From an uncultured Chloroflexia bacterium (GTDB lineage Bacteria > Chloroflexota > Limnocylindria > QHBO01): 64,000 nucleotides of DNA. The position numbers and the translations under genes were made by a program. Where the stretch lies: positions 96,001 through 160,000 of the forward strand of contig CAWGTN010000002.1 of the NCBI GenBank assembly GCA_963825525.1. The letters are read 5' to 3'. Position 1 is the first letter of the stretch, and each line of letters begins with the position of its first letter. This document shows positions 1 to 9,112 of the stretch, piece after piece. The notes beneath the pieces are model-generated. The model was not told the DNA's origin. It ran no database searches and was given only the letters and a program-made list of their open reading frames with translations.

Positions 1-347
1 CAGCGCGTCTCGGCCCCGTGGGTCACCGGTGGGGTGAGGAACGTCGCTCCGCGCTGTCGCAGGATTTCGTAGGCGGCCGCGCAGTCGGGCACGCGGATCG
101 TGAACAGGTGGCTCACCGTGCTCGGGTCGGGGGACGGGGCGAGCGTCACGCCCGGCTTGTCGTCGGTGGGCTCGCCGCCCGACACGAGAAGGAGCCACGA
201 GCCGCTGAACGACAGCACTGTCGAATCCTCGCCGTACTCTCGATAGAGCGTTGCGCCGAGCACGTCCGTGTACCAGGTCCGGGAACGCTCGACGTCAGAG
301 ACGACCAGGATGTGGGTGATCGGCATGTCATCGGTGGGGAACGTCAT
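1..347 (-). CDS. VOC/glyoxalase family protein (3' end beyond window edge)
   Basis: Manual translation from ATG at 347 after a GAGGGAGAGG RBS: MTFPTDDMPITHILVVSDVERSRTWYTDVLGA...HLFTIRVPDCAAAYEILRQRGATFLTPP, a typical VOC pattern. Absent from the ORF track because it is truncated. Confidence 0.85.
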   Translation of the reverse strand, partial: MTFPTDDMPITHILVVSDVERSRTWYTDVLGATLYREYGEDSTVLSFSGSWLLLVSGGEPTDDKPGVTLAPSPDPSTVSHLFTIRVPDCAAAYEILRQRGATFLTPPVTHGAETR

Positions 348-383
348 CGCCTCTCCCTCGTGGCTTGCGTCGGATCGCGCACC

Positions 384-767
384 TTACGCCGGATCGAGGC
401 GCAGTGTCGTGTCGAGCGTCTCCGGCTCGAGCATGGATGCGGTGCTCCGCCGGCTCGTTTGACCATACTTGGCGCGAAAAAGGTCGCTCACCAGCTCGAC
501 CGTGGCGTCGTCGGTCGCGGGATATGCCTCGGCCGGGATGCGCTCGGCGCCGACGGTGATGAACGCCTCCGGTCGCTCTTGAAGGTCCTGGAACCAGCGA
601 CCGCGGCGACCATTGACCGATCGGACGTAGGCCTCGGCCCCGTCCGTCACGATCCAGATCACCGTCCGGCGCGGCTCGCCCGATGAGCGAATCGTCTCGA
701 TGACGATCTCGACGGTGGTGTCCATGAGCCTCATGAGCTCGGGATCGAACGTTCGAGAGCTCGACAT
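384..767 (-). CDS. DUF2255-like / PNPOx-like split-barrel protein
   Basis: Motifs RRTVIWIV, YVRSVNG..GRWF and LFRAKYG; start taken at MSSSRTFD (767). Confidence 0.7.
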   Translation of the reverse strand: MSSSRTFDPELMRLMDTTVEIVIETIRSSGEPRRTVIWIVTDGAEAYVRSVNGRRGRWFQDLQERPEAFITVGAERIPAEAYPATDDATVELVSDLFRAKYGQTSRRSTASMLEPETLDTTLRLDPA

Positions 768-813
768 CCAGGGAGTGTAGACCGCGCCCGCAGTGCGTCC
801 ACACGGAACCCTA

Positions 814-850
814 TTGACGAATGGGTATGATTCGGCGAACAATGTGTTCG
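814..850 (+). promoter_or_regulatory. sigma70-type promoter with overlapping palindromic operator (probable TetR autoregulation)
   Basis: TTGACG (814-819), 18 nt spacer, AACAAT (838-843); palindrome CGAACA-atg-TGTTCG (836-850) directly before ATG 851. Confidence 0.55.
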
Positions 851-1441
851 ATGAATAGGCCAAAGCGTGGGTACCGGCTCGGCAAGCGTGCCGAGCGGGT
901 CCAGCACACTCGGCGAACCATCCTGGAAGCCACGATTGCCGCCCACGACGAGCTCGGGATCACCGGAGCGTCTCTCCGGCACATCGCGGAGCGCGCCGGC
1001 GTCGCGCCGTCGACGATCCTGCAGCACTTCCCGGATCGCGATGAGCTGATCCGCGCCTGCGGCGAGCTGAGCGACGCGCTCCTGCCTATGCCGACCAGCG
1101 CCGCCTTTGCCGAACTCGAGGAGGAAGTGGAGCGCATCGCCCGAATGGCGTCGGCGCTCTTCGCGTGGTGGGACGCCCTCGGCCACGGATTCGATCGCCT
1201 CCGAACCGATCGCCGCGCGCTTCCCGCAGTCGACGCCTGGTTCGAGGAGGTCGATCGCCGGCATCGGGAGCTTGCCCAATCGGCGATGCCGGGAGCCGTC
1301 GCCAACCGGGTCGTGATGCTCGTTGCGCTCACCACCCCCGACGCATGGAATGCACTGCGCACATCCGGGTTGGACGCCGTCGCTGCCGGGCGCTCGGTTG
1401 CGCAGCTCATCGGGCATCAGGCCCGCACACGCCTTCAGTGA
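851..1441 (+). CDS. TetR/AcrR family transcriptional regulator
   Basis: N-terminal HTH TRRTILEAT...ASLRHIAERAGVAPSTILQHFPDRDEL. Confidence 0.9.
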   Translation: MNRPKRGYRLGKRAERVQHTRRTILEATIAAHDELGITGASLRHIAERAGVAPSTILQHFPDRDELIRACGELSDALLPMPTSAAFAELEEEVERIARMASALFAWWDALGHGFDRLRTDRRALPAVDAWFEEVDRRHRELAQSAMPGAVANRVVMLVALTTPDAWNALRTSGLDAVAAGRSVAQLIGHQARTRLQ

Positions 1442-1456
1442 GAGAGGAACACCAAG

Positions 1457-1927
1457 ATGGACCTTTTCGTAGCGTTCAAGTACCTGCACATCGCGTCGAT
1501 GTTCTTTGCCGTGGCACTCGCTGTCAGCGGTGAGCTGGTGTTGCGCGCCGTGGCCAACTCCGGCGAGGTCGTCGCAATCCGGACGGTCACCGCTCGGGTG
1601 CGGCCCCTCGCCAACATCTCGACAGGTCTCTTCCTGGCGGGCGTGGCGTTCGGGATCGTGGCGGCCCTGACCGGTCAGATCGACCTGCTGGCCACCTGGC
1701 TGATCCTCGCCTACGTCGCGTTCGTCGGGGCCATGGCCCTCGGCATCACCATCAGCGACCCGTGGGTCGGCCGGCTCGAGCGAGCGGCAGCTGACAGCCC
1801 GGACGACGCGCCGTCGGATGCCCTGCGCGAGGTCATCGCCGATCCGCTGGCACGCGCGGCCACATGGACGCTCATGGTCCTTGTCGCTGTTCTCGTGTTT
1901 GTGATGGTCGTGAAGCCCTTCGCCTAA
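1457..1927 (+). CDS. DUF2269-like integral membrane protein
   Basis: Four TM segments, N-terminal FKYLHI and C-terminal MVVKPF; GAGGA RBS. Confidence 0.75.
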   Translation: MDLFVAFKYLHIASMFFAVALAVSGELVLRAVANSGEVVAIRTVTARVRPLANISTGLFLAGVAFGIVAALTGQIDLLATWLILAYVAFVGAMALGITISDPWVGRLERAAADSPDDAPSDALREVIADPLARAATWTLMVLVAVLVFVMVVKPFA

Positions 1928-2349
1928 TCCCCGGATCGGCCGTGTCCCTTTTCCTGGACCAGCCATCCGTTGCCGTCAGGGTCGGAGAAGGACACGTAGG
2001 TGCCGAAGTCGATGCGCTCCGGATGGATCCCGGGCGCCTGCCCCTGGTCGCCGAAGTGGTATGGATCGCTGACGTCGACCCCGGCGGCTACGAGCTGCGC
2101 GTGGGCGGCTTCGACATCGGTGACACACAGGTGCAGGCCACCGTACTGGCCGGGCTGTGCCGGAATCTGCATCCCGATGCCGAACGTGATGGAGCACGCG
2201 GACCCCGGCGGGGTCGTCTGAACGACACGAAATGACTCGCTCGGATGATGGTCCACGTCCTCGTGAAATCCGAGCTTGTCGACGTAGAACTCCTTGGCGC
2301 GGTCGACATCCGACACCGGAATGACGATCGTCTCGAGTTTCCAGTCCAT
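1924..2349 (-). CDS. VOC/glyoxalase family protein
   Basis: IPVSDVDRAKEFY...QTTPPGSACSITFG...FSDPDGNGWLVQE. Confidence 0.92.
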   Translation of the reverse strand: MDWKLETIVIPVSDVDRAKEFYVDKLGFHEDVDHHPSESFRVVQTTPPGSACSITFGIGMQIPAQPGQYGGLHLCVTDVEAAHAQLVAAGVDVSDPYHFGDQGQAPGIHPERIDFGTYVSFSDPDGNGWLVQEKGHGRSGD

Positions 2350-2487
2350 CGGTTGCTCCTTCGGTTCAGATCGAGTCGGCTGGATGACTGCGTTGAGGCA
2401 GAAGGCGCATCATGATGTGTAACGCGCCGGCGCGGGGGAGCGGAAGCACCGCAGCTCGCTGCGCACGAGCAGACAGCGGAGGACGCC

Positions 2488-3912
2488 ATGGCGACACTGC
2501 AGATCGCGCGCCTGTCAGGGGGTGCGAGGGAGATCGAACAAGCATCGCTCGATGAGCTGGCCACCTCGCTCGACGGAAGCGTGCTGCTAGCCGACGACGA
2601 CGGCTATGCGGAGGCCATCGCCCTTTGGAACGGCATGATCAAGAAGCGACCGGCGCTCGTCATCCGTGCGGGGTCTACCCACGATGCCGTCACGGTGGTC
2701 AACTTCGCCCGGGACAACGACCTCGAACTCTCGATCAAGGGCGGCGGACACAACATCGCCGGGCTTGCGCTGTCGGACGGTGGCGTCACGCTCGACATGT
2801 CGGCGCTGAAGGATGTTGTCGTTGACGTCGAGGGTCGTACGGCGCGGGTTGCTCCCGGCTGCACACTCGGCGACGTCGATCGGGCAACGCAGGAGCACGG
2901 CCTGGTCACGACCCTCGGGTTCGTCTCCGCGACCGGCGCCGCCGGACTGACGCTCGGCGGCGGGTTCGGCTACCTGAGCCGGCAGTTCGGCTGGTCCGTG
3001 GACGACCTCATCGAGGTCGAGATCGTGACGGCCGATGGAACCACTCGGCGAGCCTCGCGAACGGAGAACGCCGAACTGTTCTGGGCACTGCGCGGCGGTG
3101 GCGGCAACTTCGGCGTGGTGACCGAGTTCATCTTCCAGCTGCACGAGATCGGTCCACAGGTGACCGGCGGAATCATCGCCTGGCCGGCAGCACGGGCCTC
3201 CGAGGTCCTCGAGGCCTACAGAACCGCGACGGCGACGGCACCGCGCGAGCTGACGCTCGTCGTCCTGCGGCGCAACGCGCCGCCCGCGCCGTGGCTGCCC
3301 GAATCGGCTCACGGCAAGCCGATGGTCGCCATCGTCGCCTGCCACGCGGGCACGCCGGAGCAGGCCGAATCCGATCTGGCACCGCTGCGCGCACTTGGCG
3401 ACCCCCTGGCGGACATCATCCAGGCCCGTGAATACGTCCAGCTGCAGTCGATGCTCGACGCCACCCAACCGAAGGGCATGCACTTCTACTGGAAGTCGGA
3501 GTTCGTCTCGGAGCTGACCGACGAGCTTCTCGCGACGTATCACGCCCAGTTCGAGGGGCTCGACGCGCCCGCGAACCAGATCGTGCTGTTCCATGTCGCC
3601 GGTGCGCTCAACGAGCGCCCCGAGAACGACGGAGCGATCGGAAACCGGGATGCCGCCTACGCCTGCGTGATCCAGGCCATGTGGGCCCCCGACTCGCCGG
3701 CGGGAGAGGCGAATCGCAACTGGGTGCGCTCCGCATGGCAGGCGCTCAAGTCCTACTCCACCGGTGGCAACTACGTGAACTTCCAGACCGATGACGAGCC
3801 GACCGAGCGGACGGCCGAGTCCTACCGCGGCAACCTCGATCGTCTGCGGGCCGTGAAGGCACGCTACGACCCGGACAACCTGTTCCGCGTGAACCGCAAC
3901 ATCCAGGCCTAG
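2488..3912 (+). CDS. FAD-binding oxidoreductase (FAD_binding_4 + BBE domain)
   Basis: IKGGGHN FAD-attachment motif, LRGGGGNFGVVT, C-terminal YVNF...YDPDNLFRVN. Confidence 0.95.
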   Translation: MATLQIARLSGGAREIEQASLDELATSLDGSVLLADDDGYAEAIALWNGMIKKRPALVIRAGSTHDAVTVVNFARDNDLELSIKGGGHNIAGLALSDGGVTLDMSALKDVVVDVEGRTARVAPGCTLGDVDRATQEHGLVTTLGFVSATGAAGLTLGGGFGYLSRQFGWSVDDLIEVEIVTADGTTRRASRTENAELFWALRGGGGNFGVVTEFIFQLHEIGPQVTGGIIAWPAARASEVLEAYRTATATAPRELTLVVLRRNAPPAPWLPESAHGKPMVAIVACHAGTPEQAESDLAPLRALGDPLADIIQAREYVQLQSMLDATQPKGMHFYWKSEFVSELTDELLATYHAQFEGLDAPANQIVLFHVAGALNERPENDGAIGNRDAAYACVIQAMWAPDSPAGEANRNWVRSAWQALKSYSTGGNYVNFQTDDEPTERTAESYRGNLDRLRAVKARYDPDNLFRVNRNIQA

Positions 3913-4022
3913 CGCACGCACGATGCGCCGATGAGAATCGGACCGCCGTGTCGTCAGATACGCGTGCCTGCCACGAGGATGAATTCCATCATCAATGGCA
4001 TCGGCCGCACTTGGGAGACAGC

Positions 4023-4376
4023 ATGAACCTCAACAGCATTCTCATCGGGTCGGAGGACCCGCAGCGCCTGGTCGAGTACTACACCCGGCTGTTCGGCGAT
4101 CCAGCCTGGGCCGATGGGGGCTACACCGGGTGGCAGATCGGCACTGGCTCAGTGACGGTTGGCGCGCACTCCGAGGTGAGCGGAAAGAACGCTACTCCCG
4201 GACGCGTGATCTGGAACATCGAGAGCGCCGATGTTCAGGGCGATTTCGATCGGCTGAAGGCCGCCGGTGCGATCATCGTTCGTGAGCCGTACGGGATGGG
4301 CGAGCAGCCCGAGGCGTCCATCGCGACACTCGCCGACCCGGACGACAACTACTTCCAGCTCCTCAGCCCGATGTAG
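4023..4376 (+). CDS. VOC/glyoxalase family protein
   Basis: MNLNSILIGSEDPQRLVEYY...ATLADPDDNYFQL; GGGAGA RBS. Confidence 0.9.
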   Translation: MNLNSILIGSEDPQRLVEYYTRLFGDPAWADGGYTGWQIGTGSVTVGAHSEVSGKNATPGRVIWNIESADVQGDFDRLKAAGAIIVREPYGMGEQPEASIATLADPDDNYFQLLSPM

Positions 4377-4402
4377 CCTGAACCAACTCAGCAGGAGGTG
4401 TG

Positions 4403-4750
4403 ATGGCCGGCCCCGATGACATCGATCCCAGCGTGCCGCCAAGCGGTACCGGGTGCGTGGAATGCCTGGCCAGCGGCGGATGGTGGTTCCACCTCCGGCG
4501 ATGCGCCCGCTGCGGGCATATCGGATGCTGTGATTCCTCCCCGTCGCAGCACGCGCGGCACCACGCGGCGGAGGAAGGCCACCCGATCGTCCAGAGCTTC
4601 GAGCCCGGTGAAGACTGGTTCTACGACTTCGTCGACGATGTCGACGCGCAGGGCCCGAAGCTGGCGCCCCCGCGCGAATATCCGCCCGATCAGCCCTCGC
4701 CCGGGCCAGCCGGGCTGGTTCCCGACGACTGGGAGAGCCTCCTGAACTGA
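4403..4750 (+). CDS. UBP-type zinc finger protein
   Basis: GCVECL...LRRCARCGHIGCCDSSPSQHARHH...SFEPGEDW; AGGAGG RBS. Confidence 0.92.
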   Translation: MAGPDDIDPSVPPSGTGCVECLASGGWWFHLRRCARCGHIGCCDSSPSQHARHHAAEEGHPIVQSFEPGEDWFYDFVDDVDAQGPKLAPPREYPPDQPSPGPAGLVPDDWESLLN

Positions 4751-4756
4751 CCCTCG

Positions 4757-5347
4757 TCAGCTGCGGAGGTCGAGCCGCATCAGGAGACGTGGAAGTCGGG
4801 CGCTGTGGGCGTCCGTGGTTGCAACGTGCCTGAATCCTGCGGCCTCGAACATCGAGGCGAATCCCACAAACCCCAGCGTCGCGTCCACGCGCTTCCCGGC
4901 CGGATCGATCGGATACGCCTCGACTCCGGGAGCTCCCGCCTTGCGAGCCGCGCCGACGACGCCCGCCAGGAGTGCTCTCGCGACACCCTGGCGCCGAAAT
5001 CCCGGCCGAATTCGGAAGCAGCCGATCGACCAGACAGGCAGGTCGTCGATCTTCGGAATGGTTCGCGAGTTCGCCAATCGCGGCATCTCACTACGGACGC
5101 CGATGCCGATCCAGCCGACCGGCTCGTCACCGAGATAGGCGAGGTAGCCGGGTGGTGGGGGACCACCTCGCATCTGATCGCGGAGCAGCTCGGGTCGCGA
5201 CTTCCCGCCGGAGAGCCGCTTCGCATCCAGACCGCGCCACGGCTGACACCAGCACCCGACTTCACCGCTTCCGTCGAGGACCGTGCGGACGTCCTCCCAT
5301 CGCGCCAGCGTTGCCGGCACCACCTTGGGCGCGTCTGTGGGGCTCAT
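4757..5347 (-). CDS. GNAT family N-acetyltransferase
   Basis: CWCQPWR, VWSIGCF, FRRQGVARALL (acetyl-CoA motif) and VEAYP; start MSPTD at 5347. Confidence 0.9.
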   Translation of the reverse strand: MSPTDAPKVVPATLARWEDVRTVLDGSGEVGCWCQPWRGLDAKRLSGGKSRPELLRDQMRGGPPPPGYLAYLGDEPVGWIGIGVRSEMPRLANSRTIPKIDDLPVWSIGCFRIRPGFRRQGVARALLAGVVGAARKAGAPGVEAYPIDPAGKRVDATLGFVGFASMFEAAGFRHVATTDAHSARLPRLLMRLDLRS

Positions 5348-5439
5348 GGTGTGACGATACGGCAGACGACATGCCGCGTACGCCACTTCTCTGGGGCTCG
5401 TCCCGCGACTCGCGCCGCGTGACCGTGCACAATCGGTGC

Positions 5440-5847
5440 ATGGAGCTCCTGGGCCTCGTCCTCGTCTTCGTCCCGTCAGTGGCACTCGGGACCGTCCTCA
5501 TCCGAGCCGGAATGAGCGCCACGGCGGTGGCCGCCGGCATCTGGCTGATCTCCGCGGCTCTCCTGGCCATCATCGGGGCCGCGGCCGCGTCGCTGGGCAT
5601 CCCGGCCTACGTGCTCCTCTGGCCCGCGGCCCTTGGATCGGCCGGGGTGGCGGGCTGGCTGATCGTGAGTCCCGATGACACCGCTGCCTGGGTCTCGCTC
5701 CTCGGCTCGATCGTGGTCCTGGCGCTGGCCGTCATCGGCGTGCTGACCTCGTCGCCCGAATTCCACCCGGGACTCTGGATCCTTGCCGGATTCGCCGGCG
5801 CGAGCCTCTACTTCTCCGATGCCCACCTGAGGGCGGTCGGTCGGTAG
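5440..5847 (+). CDS. hypothetical membrane protein
   Basis: About five hydrophobic segments from MELLGLVLVF. Confidence 0.65.
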   Translation: MELLGLVLVFVPSVALGTVLIRAGMSATAVAAGIWLISAALLAIIGAAAASLGIPAYVLLWPAALGSAGVAGWLIVSPDDTAAWVSLLGSIVVLALAVIGVLTSSPEFHPGLWILAGFAGASLYFSDAHLRAVGR

Positions 5848-5854
5848 GCGCAGC

Positions 5855-6697
5855 CTATCGGCGTACTGCCTCGCGAAGCCAGCCGAGTGCGTCAGGCGCG
5901 GACTCCAGCACGGAGATGTGGCCCGCGTCCGGCACGACGCGCAGCTCGGCGCCACTGATCCGATGCGAGAGCCACTCCGCGTGAGCCACCGGCGCGATCC
6001 GATCCGCCGATCCGTGGAGGAAGAGGCAGGGCGCGCTGATCGTCGCCGGATCGAATCCCCACGGCGTGACATACGCGAGGTCATCGTCGATGAGCCCGCC
6101 CGGCCCGTTCTCGAGCGCCGGCCGCACCACCTTCATGAACCACGACCATTCACCTTCCAGCGCCGTGATGTCGGCGGCGACGAATCCGGGATCTGACTCG
6201 GTGGCATTGGCCTCGTGGAGCTCCTTCGCCTCGCGCCCCTGGGCCGCGGCGCGCAGCGTGGCGACGCCGGCCGGACTCATGCCGTCGAACCAGTCGAGGT
6301 CCGCGGCATCGAATGGGGCGAGCGTTGCGACGGCGACCGCGGCCTGGACCCGCTCCGGAAGGAGGCCCGCGCAGGCAAGCGCGTGGACCGAACCGCCCGA
6401 GTGGCCCATCACGGCGAAGCGATCGATGCCCAGTGCGTCGGCAATGGCGGCAACGTCAGTGGCCGCGGAGCCGACGGTGCGTCCGGGATGCGGATCGGAG
6501 CCGCCATACCCCGGGCGGTCGTAGCCGATCCAGCGGATCCCGAGCCGCTCGGAGGTGGGGAACAGCGGTTCCGGTGGTAGGCCGATATTCGGGGTTCCGT
6601 GGTGCCAGATGACGACCGCCTCGTCCGTTCCGCGGGCTCCTGTGTCGTGGGCGCGGAGCGTCCTGCCGTCTGGCAGCTGAATGTCGAGGCTGTTCAT
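5855..6697 (-). CDS. alpha/beta fold hydrolase
   Basis: HHGTP, YDRPGYGGS, GHSGG nucleophile elbow, HGSADR and DAGH. Confidence 0.92.
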   Translation of the reverse strand: MNSLDIQLPDGRTLRAHDTGARGTDEAVVIWHHGTPNIGLPPEPLFPTSERLGIRWIGYDRPGYGGSDPHPGRTVGSAATDVAAIADALGIDRFAVMGHSGGSVHALACAGLLPERVQAAVAVATLAPFDAADLDWFDGMSPAGVATLRAAAQGREAKELHEANATESDPGFVAADITALEGEWSWFMKVVRPALENGPGGLIDDDLAYVTPWGFDPATISAPCLFLHGSADRIAPVAHAEWLSHRISGAELRVVPDAGHISVLESAPDALGWLREAVRR

Positions 6698-6741
6698 TGG
6701 ATTGCCTTTCAATGCGGGGAGTCATGGGTCGATTTCGGCCG

Positions 6742-7095
6742 TCAGCCCTTGTCGATCACGCAGAAGCGGTTGCCCTCGGGATCGGCGAGGATCACGAAGT
6801 CGGCGTCGTCCGGTCGTCGCGGCCAGTCGACCTCGGTCGCGCCGAGGCCCAGGAGCCGCTGCACCTCCGCTGCCTGGTCATCGGCGTAGAGGTCAAGGTG
6901 GATCTTCGGCGGTATCTGGACCGGCGTGGGCCAGTGATCCAGTGAGACGTTGGGACCGCTGCCCGTGCGGGGACGGAGGAGGGCAAACGTGTCGTCGTCG
7001 CCTTCACGAGGGATGTAGTCCAGCGCCGCCGTCCAGAAGGCTTTCTGCTTCTCCAGGTCCTCGACCCGGATCACGATAGAGCCGATGCTGATCAT
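6742..7095 (-). CDS. VOC (Glyoxalase_6-like) protein
   Basis: IVIRVEDLEKQKAFW...IHLDL...LADPEGNRFCVI. Confidence 0.9.
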   Translation of the reverse strand: MISIGSIVIRVEDLEKQKAFWTAALDYIPREGDDDTFALLRPRTGSGPNVSLDHWPTPVQIPPKIHLDLYADDQAAEVQRLLGLGATEVDWPRRPDDADFVILADPEGNRFCVIDKG

Positions 7096-7165
7096 GGATA
7101 TGACCCTAGCGTGATCGGTGCCACGGTGCACCCCGGCCAGGATCGGGAATCGGTGGTCGGGTGGA

Positions 7166-7283
7166 CAACTGCTCTCCTGGTTCGCATTAGCGGGCCGCAA
7201 GGGCCGATTCAGCTGGATGTCACGCTCAGAACACGGCCGGAGGCGCCCGCTGGGCCGGCTAACGCGAACCAGGCGAGCGGTTG
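7166..7283. repeat. 118-bp long-palindrome element (family C)
   Basis: 31-nt arms CAACTGCTCTCCTGGTTCGCATTAGCGGGCC and GGCCGGCTAACGCGAACCAGGCGAGCGGTTG are reverse-complementary at 27/31 positions; intergenic. Confidence 0.8.
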
Positions 7284-7348
7284 GCAGGACGGGAGTCGCC
7301 GCGTCTCGCAAGCCGGGAGTGCCGCTCGTCACCGGCGGCGGGAGGCCG

Positions 7349-7720
7349 CTACTCGGTCTGAATCAGCGAGAGGATGTTGCCGGCCGGGTCCTTGAACCAG
7401 GCGATGGGCGGGCCGTACTCGCGCGCAATGCCTCGCTCGTCCTGGCCGGCGCCGTCGTATTGCTCGAAGGTGACGCCGCGGCCGGCCAGGTCATCGACGG
7501 CCTCATCGATGTCCGGGACTTCGAAATTCAGGACGGTGAATGTTGCCGGCGCGTGGTCATCCTTCGGGTAGACGATGACTCGCTGGCCACCGGCGAGGTC
7601 GAGGTTGAGCATGCCCATCTCCTCGCTGACGGTGAGCCCGAGCGTCTCGGCATAGAAGGCCTTCGCCTTGGCGATGTCGTCCGCCGAGAATCCCGAAAAC
7701 GCCGTTCGCTGCTTCAACAT
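7349..7720 (-). CDS. VOC/glyoxalase family protein
   Basis: [17 protein letters not shown]...[14 protein letters not shown]...[14 protein letters not shown]; GAGGAG RBS. Confidence 0.92.
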   Translation of the reverse strand: MLKQRTAFSGFSADDIAKAKAFYAETLGLTVSEEMGMLNLDLAGGQRVIVYPKDDHAPATFTVLNFEVPDIDEAVDDLAGRGVTFEQYDGAGQDERGIAREYGPPIAWFKDPAGNILSLIQTE

Positions 7721-7843
7721 GGATGGTCTCCTCTCGATGGTATGACCGATCGCGACCCCGATTCTGATCGGTCGAAGCTCACCGCGGGTTGCGGTTGAGA
7801 TCTCTGTGCGATGGAGGCCGACCCACGTGGCAGGCGAGTTCCT

Positions 7844-7975
7844 GCCAGATTCAGATGGGGTGCGCGCGGATCGGGCCAATCGGGCTGCTTTTCGCCAGGG
7901 TGCGGCTCCCAGCCTGCAGGTGACCGACATTGACTATCGGCAGCCGCATCCGTGCGTCTGTCGCATGAATGTGGC
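7844..7975. repeat. 132-bp long-palindrome element (family A), solo copy
   Basis: Ends GCCAGATTCA...TGAATGTGGC with central CCTGCAGG; motif spacing 59/45 nt versus 58/45 nt in the copies at 53406 and 53586. Confidence 0.75.
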
Positions 7976-7983
7976 GAAGAATG

Positions 7984-8829
7984 TCAGTAGCCAACCTCGA
8001 CCGCCGCACGGGCCTCCAGGAAGTCCAGGACCACGGCCGCGAACAGTGGCGAGACGAACGCGTTGTAGTGGGTCAACCCGGGCAGGACCGCCAGCGCGTG
8101 GCCCCCGGCCGGGCGTCCTTCTCCCATCCAGCCGCCGTCGCGGAGCCCGCCGTCGAGCAGCTTGAAGATCTCGACGTAGTGCGAGGGCGGCGCCATGTCG
8201 GCATCCGCGCACACGATCAGGGTCGGCATCGTGAGGGCGCGGACCTCGTCGGAATAGTCAAAGTCGCCCTTCATCATCGCGCCGACCTTGTCGAGCAGGC
8301 GACCGAAGTCCTCGGGACGCGGCGCGACCTGCTGGTAGAGCTGGTACATCGGCGTGTCCTTCATGAACTCAGCGGCGGCCGCGCTGACCTGGGCCTGCTG
8401 CTCGAGCATCTCGGCCGGGATGGCGTCCCGCGTGATGTTCGCCGATGCGGCGACCAGCCTGCGGACCTTGTCCGGGTGCCGGAAGGCGACCTGCATCGCC
8501 ACACCGCCGCCCATCGAGTAGCCCACGACATCGGGGGTGTCGAGGTCCAGGTGGTCAATGAGCGCGGCGACATCATCGGCCATGAGCCCGAGGTCCAACG
8601 GCCGATCGATATCCGCCGTGCGGCCGTGTCCCTGGAGGTCGACCGCGATCACCTGGTGGTGCTCGGTCAGCGCGGGGAGGATCGGGCCGAACATCTCGCC
8701 GGAACCGAGCCCGCCGTGCAGGAGGATCATGGGCCGGCCGCTGCCGTGGGTCTCGTAGTACAGGTTGATGCCGTTGACGTCGGCGTACGCGCCGATGCCC
8801 TTCGTCGCGGTCGTCCATTCGGTGGTCAT
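7984..8829 (-). CDS. alpha/beta fold hydrolase
   Basis: LLHGGLGS, DLQGHGRT, GYSMGG and LPGLTHY. Confidence 0.92.
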   Translation of the reverse strand: MTTEWTTATKGIGAYADVNGINLYYETHGSGRPMILLHGGLGSGEMFGPILPALTEHHQVIAVDLQGHGRTADIDRPLDLGLMADDVAALIDHLDLDTPDVVGYSMGGGVAMQVAFRHPDKVRRLVAASANITRDAIPAEMLEQQAQVSAAAAEFMKDTPMYQLYQQVAPRPEDFGRLLDKVGAMMKGDFDYSDEVRALTMPTLIVCADADMAPPSHYVEIFKLLDGGLRDGGWMGEGRPAGGHALAVLPGLTHYNAFVSPLFAAVVLDFLEARAAVEVGY

Positions 8830-8913
8830 GGCGGGGTTCCTCGCTTCGTGTGTTCAGGTCACGTCTCCCGTTCAGACGAGTCCGTTCCGTGAAACTCATC
8901 GGCAACGACGTCG

Positions 8914-9037
8914 TCACCCGTGCGTCCTGGCGACCCTAGGTGAGTCGATCGCCACATACGCGGCGCTGCGGCATAGGTTTACTAAGAATCGGACGACCGC
9001 ATCGGCGCCTAATGTCGTCAGGATGAGCAGGTGGTGA
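8914..9037. repeat. ~124-bp long-palindrome element (family B)
   Basis: Arms GTCCTGGCGACCCTAGG / CCTAATGTCGTCAGGAT with central AGGTTTAC; homologous to 12424-12549. Confidence 0.72.
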
Positions 9038-9112
9038 TTTCGCTAATGGACCGTCGCGACCGCAGCCGCCGATACTGGCGCCTGAGTTCTCGTAGCCTGT
9101 ACTGGTGGGACG

